A DNA stretch of 64,000 nt. Source: an uncultured Pseudomonadota bacterium (GTDB lineage: Bacteria > Pseudomonadota > Alphaproteobacteria > Rs-D84). The DNA lies in NCBI GenBank assembly GCA_902802115.1, contig CADCKW010000002.1, positions 69,744 to 133,743 on the forward strand. Reading direction: 5' to 3'. This document shows, piece after piece, positions 57,394 to 64,000 of the stretch (position 1 is its first letter; the number at the start of each line of letters is the position of its first letter). Under the pieces are notes generated by a model. The model saw only the letters and a program-made list of their open reading frames with translations. It did no database searches and was not told the origin of the DNA. The position numbers and the translations under genes were made by a program.

Positions 57394-58806
57394 ATGCTAG
57401 AATATTTACGTAATGCGTCTGAAAAGCCATTGGCCAAGATTTTAATTGCCATTTTGGCGTTTTCATTTATTGGTTGGGGCGTTGCCGAATGGATTTTTGG
57501 CGGTGCCACTGGGGATACAACATTGGTTCGCGTTGGCGATGCTGAAATTTCTGTCAATCAGTTCAGCAACCAAAAATCACAAACTTTGGCAAATATGTCG
57601 CGTGACCAACAACGTGCAATTTATACAGATGCCAATGCAACAAAGTCTTTCAACCGTTATATTTTGGGCGAATTAACCAGTCAGCAAATGGTGCAAAATC
57701 GCGTGGCTGATTTGGGATTTGTGGTTTCCGACCATCGCATTGCAAAGCAAATTAGTGATATGCCGGTATTCAAACGCGACGGCAAATTTGATACAGAATT
57801 GTTCGATAACGCACTGGCGGCAAACGGTTTAACCGAAGACAGATTGGCAACTGTTTTGCGGACCGATATTGCGCGTTCTATGTTGTTGGGGCCAATGGGC
57901 GAACGGGTCAGTGTTCCAGAATTCGCGGTTGATGCGGCATACAACGCGCGTTATGCAACACGCAATATTGAATACAAGGTTGTGAATTTTAATGATTTCA
58001 AAGTCGCCGCACCCACAGATGATGCGTTGCAGACATATTATGCACAAAATCCAAAAACTTTACCGGAAACACGTCGCGTGTCTTATGCTTTTGTTCCGGC
58101 GGATATGTCAAAACCTGACGAATATGATGCGGGCATGACACGCATAACACATGTCGAAGATGAAATTATCGGTGGCGAAACATTGGCAAATGCGGCAAAA
58201 AAGCATGGTGCAAAATTTGTGCAACTGCGTGAATTTGCGCGTAATGGTGCGGCAAACGATGCGAATATAACACCACAGATTGTGGCGGAAATATTCGGTA
58301 TGGCCCCCAACAGCGACAGTCAAATCATAGAGGCAAAAAAAGGATTTATGATTATACATATTGATAAAATAAATCCTGCACACAGTGCTGAGTTTGCCGA
58401 TGTAAAGCGTGAATTGGTGCCACAATGGACACGCGCCGAAAAACGTAAATCCGCATATGCGCGCGCAAATGAAATATTGGTGGATTTGAATACAAATAAT
58501 AAGTTTGATGGTGCAATAAAAAAGACCATCACACGTGGCAACGGTTTGCCGGTGGCGGTGTTGAGTGATGCATTTAACAACGCAGTTGGCACAAATAAAA
58601 TTGTTGAAACACCTGATGCGTTTTATGTGTTATCGATAAAATCTGTCCAGGCACCAGTCGCTGACGCAAAAAAGAAGGCTGATTTGCGTCGTGAAATGGA
58701 ACAAATGATGCAATATCAAATCCAGGCAGATTATAATAAATTTTTGCAACGCAAATACCCAATCAAGATGAACGATAAAGTGTATGAACGTTTTATCGAA
58801 AAATAA
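57394..58806 (+). CDS. ppiD: PpiD/SurA-family periplasmic chaperone (membrane-anchored)
   Basis: ATG at 57394 with AAAGGA RBS; N-terminal TM anchor then SurA-N-like and parvulin-like regions. Confidence 0.7.
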   Translation: MLEYLRNASEKPLAKILIAILAFSFIGWGVAEWIFGGATGDTTLVRVGDAEISVNQFSNQKSQTLANMSRDQQRAIYTDANATKSFNRYILGELTSQQMVQNRVADLGFVVSDHRIAKQISDMPVFKRDGKFDTELFDNALAANGLTEDRLATVLRTDIARSMLLGPMGERVSVPEFAVDAAYNARYATRNIEYKVVNFNDFKVAAPTDDALQTYYAQNPKTLPETRRVSYAFVPADMSKPDEYDAGMTRITHVEDEIIGGETLANAAKKHGAKFVQLREFARNGAANDANITPQIVAEIFGMAPNSDSQIIEAKKGFMIIHIDKINPAHSAEFADVKRELVPQWTRAEKRKSAYARANEILVDLNTNNKFDGAIKKTITRGNGLPVAVLSDAFNNAVGTNKIVETPDAFYVLSIKSVQAPVADAKKKADLRREMEQMMQYQIQADYNKFLQRKYPIKMNDKVYERFIEK

Positions 58807-58811
58807 TACAA

Positions 58812-58835
58812 CACCGCGGGAAACCGCGGTTTTTA
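58812..58835 (+). terminator. terminator after ppiD
   Basis: CACCGCGGGAAACCGCGGTTTTT. Confidence 0.6.
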
Positions 58836-58901
58836 TTATACTGTTTATTTGCAAAAGTTTTTTCCCTTGCAATACGCGATTAAATTATTTTACCATAATC
58901 C

Positions 58902-59295
58902 ACAGAATACAACGGGAATTGTATTCGGGGCCTCGAAAAAGCCCAACGTCTGACCAGTGCAAGATTTGCATTGTTATCCCAACAAGAAAACGATTCGTAT
59001 CGTATTCTTGTGCTTTTGATAACTTGTAAAATTTTGCACTGACGTGTATAAAACTCGGTCAGTGTTTTTTTATATAAAAACACATTGATAGAAATTTTAT
59101 ACACGCAATAACCAATGATTTTACCCCCTGCGATTTTGGCGGGGTGTCTGCGCTTAGCGATATGCGCGGGATCATTGTCAGACTTGATTTTTTCGAACAC
59201 CCCGACCGCTTCTTGTTGCAAGGCGGTATTTTTATTTTTCGCACCGTAAAAAAATAAAAATCACGCAAACACCACAAACCAAAAGGGGAGAAAAC
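58902..59295 (+). promoter_or_regulatory. conserved family leader, copy C
   Basis: Aligns with leaders A and B over about 390 bp, including the AT-rich IR at about 59229-59261. Confidence 0.6.
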
Positions 59296-60192
59296 ATGAG
59301 AAAGTTATTATTGGGGTTAATCGGGCTGTTGTTCGCGATACCGAGTTTCGCCACGTGTCCAACCGGACAAATCGAACAAACATATACATCGGCAACCGGA
59401 ACAGTCACACAAAACGGCACGCCAACACCAACAAACCCCGTTGAACCGATATTTTATCAACAAGGCGATATGATATTACGCAAAGTCGGCGATGTCGCGG
59501 ATTCATACGATGCAACCACCGGTAAAATCACCCGAAAAATTGGGGTTAAGATTTTTAATGGAACAGAATCACTTACAATGTTTAATTATGATGCGTATAT
59601 TAAACCTGATGCCTCCAATGTCGCTTTTTTATTAGATTCAAACAGAACAGCGGCTAGCAATGGTATATCTAATCATCTGGAGTACACTAGAGACAGTATC
59701 TGGCACAAGACAGGGGTTCCAAATAAATGGACTTTAAATTCAGGAACTCAACTTCATATGAATTTTGCGAACGATGTTCTAGGCATCACAGATTATACCC
59801 AAGAAACACAAAATTCTGTTATGGGAAAAGCAAAAGCTTATTTAAAATCACAATTTGAGGCAGGAACCCCATACGCATTTTATTATGTACTGGCCACGCC
59901 GTTTGAAGAAGATTGGAACGAAACCACTTATTGCGCACCGGATATCAAAATTGCCACGACTGCATACAATACGGCGCGGTTTAGCCCAGTGGTGACGGAA
60001 TTAAACGACACTATTGCGACGATACGGTCGGTCGTCACGAACACAATTAACCAAACCAAAGCGATTGCGGATTTGCAGGCAACCAAACAAACCCGCCCAG
60101 ACGAAACCTGCCCCGCCGGTAAAAAATGCTTACTCGTTGAAGACGATGCCGGCCAACCCCATTGGTACGAGATTATCGAAAACGCAGATTGA
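59296..60192 (+). CDS. variable secreted protein family, copy C (type-II N-terminus, conserved C-terminal module)
   Basis: Signal peptide MRKLLLGLIGLLFAIPSFA (near-identical to copy B); unique Thr/Pro-rich core; C-terminal 90 aa about 98% identical to copy B. Confidence 0.7.
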   Translation: MRKLLLGLIGLLFAIPSFATCPTGQIEQTYTSATGTVTQNGTPTPTNPVEPIFYQQGDMILRKVGDVADSYDATTGKITRKIGVKIFNGTESLTMFNYDAYIKPDASNVAFLLDSNRTAASNGISNHLEYTRDSIWHKTGVPNKWTLNSGTQLHMNFANDVLGITDYTQETQNSVMGKAKAYLKSQFEAGTPYAFYYVLATPFEEDWNETTYCAPDIKIATTAYNTARFSPVVTELNDTIATIRSVVTNTINQTKAIADLQATKQTRPDETCPAGKKCLLVEDDAGQPHWYEIIENAD

Positions 60193-60261
60193 CAGTTTTA
60201 TTTGGAATTGGCCCCGAATTCAACTCCCATTAAACTTAAAAAGGCTTGGTTCCAAATAAAT

Positions 60262-60289
60262 GACACCCAGAATTTTCTGGGTGTTTTTT
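60262..60289 (+). terminator. terminator after copy C
   Basis: ACACCCAGAATTTTCTGGGTGTTTTTT; different stem sequence, same architecture as the other family terminators. Confidence 0.55.
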
Positions 60290-60299
60290 ATGCAGAACA

Positions 60300-60470
60300 G
60301 CCCTGGTGGCAAATGGTGCCAAAATTCCCCTCCGGCGGAGGGGGGAACCACGAAGTGGTGGGGAGGGTCCCTGATACCCCCGCCACCACTCGCCAAGACG
60401 GCTCCGTGGTCCCCCTCCCCGATGGGGCGGAATTAAAGGGTTGTGCTGGTGGGAAATTAAAGGGGCAATT
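60300..60470. repeat. GC-rich compound palindromic element
   Basis: About 65% GC in a 35% GC genome; nested hairpins CCCCTCC-GGC-GGAGGGG, CCACCA-CGAA-GTGGTGG, TCCCCCTCCCCGATGGGGCGG; related to 11941-12005 and 61050-61105. Confidence 0.5.
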
Positions 60471-60619
60471 GATGCCAGATTAACAAAAACGCGGGCGCGT
60501 TTTTGTGGAATGCCAAACCTGGATCCGTTCGACTTCGCTCAGGATGACACCTGACGGTGTCCGGTTTGGCAAATAAAAAATACCGCGTTGCGCGGTATTT
60601 TTTAGTTAATGATATTACA

Positions 60620-60997
60620 TTACTTTATCTCTTTGATTGTCACTTTGAAAACAACTTCGTGACCAGCCAATTGTGTTGCAGGGTAATTATTTGGGAAACG
60701 GACATTAACATCACGTTGTTCACCGATTTTTGCACCAACCAATTGATCTTCGAATCCAGGAATAAATGCGCCACTGCCCAATATTAATGGATAATTTTCC
60801 GCGGTGCCACCAGCAAACTGAACACCATTATCAAAACCCGCAAAATCAATTACAACAATATCACCTTTTTTTGCTACAACAGTATCATCCATTTTTTCTA
60901 CAACAGTATTCTCTAATTCTGTGGTACGTGCGTTTGAACAACATGCGGTTAATGTAAATGCACCAATTATTCCCAATACAGAAGCCAATTTTTTCAT
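60620..60997 (-). CDS. FKBP-type peptidyl-prolyl isomerase lipoprotein
   Basis: Lipobox LTACCS; FKBP core (VVIDFAGF...[20 protein letters not shown]). Confidence 0.8.
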   Translation of the reverse strand: MKKLASVLGIIGAFTLTACCSNARTTELENTVVEKMDDTVVAKKGDIVVIDFAGFDNGVQFAGGTAENYPLILGSGAFIPGFEDQLVGAKIGEQRDVNVRFPNNYPATQLAGHEVVFKVTIKEIK

Positions 60998-61049
60998 TTT
61001 TTATCCTTTTTTGTTAATCGATTAAAAAATTCGTGCTTTTTATAGCACC

Positions 61050-61105
61050 CCCTCCACCTGCTTTCACTTCGCTACAGCAAGGTCCCCCTCCCCAATGGGG
61101 AGGAA
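61050..61105. repeat. GC-rich palindromic repeat (family member)
   Basis: CCCCCTCCACCTGCTTTCACTTCGCTACAGCAAGGTCCCCCTCCCCAATGGGGAGG between convergent lipoprotein genes. Confidence 0.5.
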
Positions 61106-61116
61106 TTGCAGAGGAA

Positions 61117-61677
61117 TTATTTTTTTGTTTTGTTATATACGCAACGAAATCCGTATTCGCGCATTGTGGGGCCTTGGGCCTCTACCCTGTAATCAAAGAA
61201 TGGGGTTGGGCGCATAACCTCGAACGATGGTTCATCATACACAATCACAATGTTTTCAACATTGCGACCGCATACACGTTTCATTTCGTAATCTGCAACA
61301 TGTGCCAATACAGTGCGCGCATCGCCATCAATATCCATACCATCGGCACTTTGCATCATACGCAGACGCATTTCGCGCAATTCACTGTCGCCCAATAAAA
61401 TTTGAATTCGAACCATTGCACCACGATATTCTTGCCACCGGGTTTCCATACGCGATGAATTCCACCGTTTGTGCGATGCATCTTTTTCCGCATCACTGCG
61501 CGGACGCATCGAATCGATTTCGCCATATTCGTTATTTGCGTCCATAAATGTCGATGTCCGTTCGTTGTAATATGGCGCTTTATCGCCACCGTCGGCATAA
61601 TCGTCCGCATTATAACCAGATGTACATGCCGCAAATATCGGCGCCAAAACAATTGCAAAAATCAGTGATTTTTTCAT
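61117..61677 (-). CDS. hypothetical lipoprotein
   Basis: Lipobox IFAACTSG; no recognised domain. Confidence 0.45.
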   Translation of the reverse strand: MKKSLIFAIVLAPIFAACTSGYNADDYADGGDKAPYYNERTSTFMDANNEYGEIDSMRPRSDAEKDASHKRWNSSRMETRWQEYRGAMVRIQILLGDSELREMRLRMMQSADGMDIDGDARTVLAHVADYEMKRVCGRNVENIVIVYDEPSFEVMRPTPFFDYRVEAQGPTMREYGFRCVYNKTKK

Positions 61678-61737
61678 TTTTTCTCTTCCTTTTTTTTGAT
61701 TCTAGCAAATAAACTATTTTGATTCAAGGGTCGATTT

Positions 61738-62715
61738 GTGGTAAAATTAAATAAAATGGTAAATGTTGTTTTAGAATCTTTGTTAAAACCGTTGGCGGAA
61801 TTTTATCGGCCTGACTTTGTCGAAGAAATCGCCATAAATCACGAGGGTCAGGTGTGGATGCGTCTGCATGGCGCACGCGTTCCATGGGTGTCTTATTCGG
61901 CACCACAATTAACCAAACAATATCTGGTGGATTTAATTCATACGGTGGCAAATGTTTATGAACAACCGTTCGATCCATACCATGGTGTGCCGGTCGTTTA
62001 TGCTTCGTTGCCAGGGAATCACAGATTTTCTGCTATTGCGGGTCCAAATGTGCAATATGACGATAATGACCTGACGGGTGGTGTCGCAATGAGTATTCGT
62101 GGTGGCGGTGCCAAAGATACCAGTTTTGAAAACTACCATTTGGAAAAAGGAAAACAATTATTGAAAATTAAACCACGCGAAAAAGTACGGCCTGATGACC
62201 CGTATGATAGGTTGATGTCTGCGATAAATGATGGTAGCCCCATTTTAATCAGTGGTGCAACCGCCACAGGTAAAACAACTTTTTTAAATCACATGCTGAC
62301 ATTGATTGATAAAAACGCACGTATTATTACCGTCGAAGACGCACGTGAAATCCAGGTCACCCAAGAAAATCGCGTTCATTTTATATTGTCCAGAACCGAA
62401 CAAAATAACGATTTTGATTATGCGCGCTTGCTGGATTTGGTTGTTCGTATGACCCCAGATGTTATTATCGGTGGTGAAATTTCAACCAGTAATGCGTCTG
62501 TATTATGGGAAATGTTGGGCACCGGACACGACCATTTTTATACCACCATACATGCAGAATCTGCCGAGGCCGCATACGCCGCATTTGCAGACAGAATTTT
62601 ACATACCCAACCCGCATATAATCGGTCTGATTTAATCCAAGAGATGAAGAAAAAAATCCGCGTTGTTCAATTATCGCGCGATGGCGGGCTGCGCGCAGTG
62701 ACCGAGGTTGTATAA
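61738..62715 (+). CDS. virB11: type IV secretion ATPase VirB11
   Basis: 325 aa; Walker A ILISGATATGKTTFLNHML, Asp box and His box consistent with VirB11/TrbB ATPases. Confidence 0.75.
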   Translation: MVKLNKMVNVVLESLLKPLAEFYRPDFVEEIAINHEGQVWMRLHGARVPWVSYSAPQLTKQYLVDLIHTVANVYEQPFDPYHGVPVVYASLPGNHRFSAIAGPNVQYDDNDLTGGVAMSIRGGGAKDTSFENYHLEKGKQLLKIKPREKVRPDDPYDRLMSAINDGSPILISGATATGKTTFLNHMLTLIDKNARIITVEDAREIQVTQENRVHFILSRTEQNNDFDYARLLDLVVRMTPDVIIGGEISTSNASVLWEMLGTGHDHFYTTIHAESAEAAYAAFADRILHTQPAYNRSDLIQEMKKKIRVVQLSRDGGLRAVTEVV

Positions 62716-62746
62716 AGTTAAAAACCGCCGTATTTGGCGGTTTTAT

Positions 62747-63616
62747 TTAATGTATATATTGTTTTGCAACATATTGGTCACGCATATTTTTTATTTCACG
62801 AAATGCGACGGCCAAATCTTTGTAATTACAGATATCGAACACGCATTCTTCGGTATGATCTTTGTTATCTGGGTTATAGTTAATTTTTTTGATAAATCCC
62901 CATGGTTTCGAATATTGCATGATAACCATATAGTAAGTTTTTGGTCCAACTTTGAATATAATTTGGGTATCTTTGCCTTTTCGGACCTTGGGATTTGGAT
63001 AAAAGAACCGATTGGCGGTATGACTGCTTATGGTGTCAAAGTTCATTTGCTGAATCAATTTAAAAGCAATTCTGTCACCCAGGTTTTCAATTCTGGACTT
63101 GCCATCAGTAATATTGCGTGGGCGACAGGTCAGTTTTCCATGATTTCCCTGTTCTATTCTTTTTGGAACCAGACCCGTAAGGGTAAATAAAGGATTGAAA
63201 AACAATGGTTCTGAAACCCGTAGTGGCTTATCCGTATGTGCATAATCGATTTGTTCGGGGACCTCTGGCTTATCCCAAAATGTGATTGCGTTTTCACCAG
63301 ATTTTTCATCTATTTTGGATGTGATAAAAAAATCGTCCAATGCCAAACAATAATCCGCCTGGGCTATCGCATCAAAACAAACAAACGGCCCAGAACAAAA
63401 ATATGTGAATCTGGCCATTGTTCCAGGAATCATTTTATATGCCTGGGACCAATCATACACAGGCGTGTTATAAAAAGAATACGGTTGTTTAGAAAAATTC
63501 ATAAATGGTGGGATTAAATTATCGCCCTGTGGCTTATAATGTTTATACATATCCAATCCTTGTACTTTGTATCCTACATTTGTCCAAATTTTAGTCAAAA
63601 AAAACCATTTTTGCAA
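62747..63616 (-). CDS. hypothetical protein
   Basis: ORF track only; no motif recognised. Confidence 0.35.
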   Translation of the reverse strand: MQKWFFLTKIWTNVGYKVQGLDMYKHYKPQGDNLIPPFMNFSKQPYSFYNTPVYDWSQAYKMIPGTMARFTYFCSGPFVCFDAIAQADYCLALDDFFITSKIDEKSGENAITFWDKPEVPEQIDYAHTDKPLRVSEPLFFNPLFTLTGLVPKRIEQGNHGKLTCRPRNITDGKSRIENLGDRIAFKLIQQMNFDTISSHTANRFFYPNPKVRKGKDTQIIFKVGPKTYYMVIMQYSKPWGFIKKINYNPDNKDHTEECVFDICNYKDLAVAFREIKNMRDQYVAKQYIH

Positions 63617-63705
63617 TGATTATTTAGCCCTGATATTAAACATTGACTAATTCAAAATTTGCGGTATCTTTGTTGTATCAAAAATAATATTTGGGGGTAT
63701 TTAAT

Positions 63706-64000
63706 ATGGCAAAAAAACATACAGAAATGACAGATAAACAAACCGCTATTAAAACATATATGCGCAATCAATTATTATTACAAAATGTTATTGATGGCGA
63801 TGGTAATATTTTGGATTTAAACCGTTTTCACGATACTGTTGCCAAAGAAATCCGCCAATGCGAAAAAGAAATGGCTGAAAACGAAACCGAAAATGGTGTT
63901 GTCAAAGACCAAATGCTGCAATCTGTGTTAATCGGTGATTTAGAATATTTGAAATCTTTGGAAAAACACAAAAAAAGCATCGATCCTTGGGTGGAATTCC
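63706..64000 (+). CDS. hypothetical protein (3'-truncated at window end)
   Basis: ATG at about 63706 after GGGGGT RBS; MAKKHTEMTDKQTAIKTYMRN...; open to the window end. Confidence 0.3.
   Translation, partial: MAKKHTEMTDKQTAIKTYMRNQLLLQNVIDGDGNILDLNRFHDTVAKEIRQCEKEMAENETENGVVKDQMLQSVLIGDLEYLKSLEKHKKSIDPWVEF

Noticed and set aside
57369-57557. Long upstream extension of the ppiD ORF (track 56959-58806) across the tpiA region
   Set aside because: The extension is antisense to tpiA. The real start is the ATG at 57394, which has an RBS and an N-terminal TM anchor.
60202-60483. 93-aa ORF (MELAPNSTPIK...GGGGNHEVVG...)
   Set aside because: It lies entirely within the GC-rich palindromic repeat element and its composition is dictated by the repeats. 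There is no RBS, so it is most likely spurious.

Overview
This is a low-GC (about 35%) window from a Gram-negative genome with a reduced, endosymbiont-like character; a Rickettsiales/Holosporales-like alphaproteobacterium is inferred, not proven. Everything below is manual reading of the sequence and the ORF track. No searches or folding were run, and hand-derived coordinates may be off by 1-2 nt.

Housekeeping genes:
- ssb, htpX, recG, a BepA-like M48/TPR protease, rne, the frr-uppS-cdsA-rseP-bamA block, dnaB, birA, ackA, grpE, tpiA, a ppiD-like chaperone, an FKBP lipoprotein and yraN.
- tRNA-Lys(UUU) on the plus strand and tRNA-Ala(GGC) plus tRNA-His(GUG) on the minus strand.

Accessory content:
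- 1-7965: a lipid/glycolipid-type cluster (ACP, acyl-AMP ligase fused to a hotdog dehydratase, GT2 with a LolA-like tail, MMPL exporter, phosphopantetheinyl transferase, LpxL-like acyltransferase, acyl-ACP thioesterase).
- Scattered type IV secretion pieces: a VirB7-like lipoprotein, VirB8-like proteins and a VirB11 ATPase.
- About 34.9-47.2 kb: a degraded, mosaic phage-like region. It holds a GTA/HK97-type portal and a terminase split into ATPase and nuclease halves by a 3.4 kb dnaB/XRE-regulator module. It also has a podovirus-like scaffold, capsid and tail-tube set, an Ala/Lys-repeat histone H1-like protein and a SleB-like hydrolase.

Most interesting:
- A multigene family of Sec-secreted proteins with near-identical C-terminal modules of about 90 aa (coiled-coil-like stretch plus a Cys-flanked beta-hairpin), variable cores and two N-terminal types.
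- The three full copies (A 33697-34605, B 47519-48325, C 59296-60192) each carry a conserved leader of about 390 bp ending in an AT-rich inverted repeat, and a conserved 3' hairpin-terminator module. A and B flank the phage-like region.
- Two further tandem partial copies (51490-52885) lack the conserved ends and look like silent or pseudogene cassettes. They sit behind a promoter with AAACCTAGGTTT palindromes.
- This is a cassette-style architecture for a variable family of fibre- or adhesin-like proteins.

Other signals:
- A GC-rich palindromic repeat family.
- A duplicated 36-bp rne 3' end bracketing a 1.9 kb two-gene segment.
- A tandem pair of unknown paralogs bracketed by near-identical hairpins.
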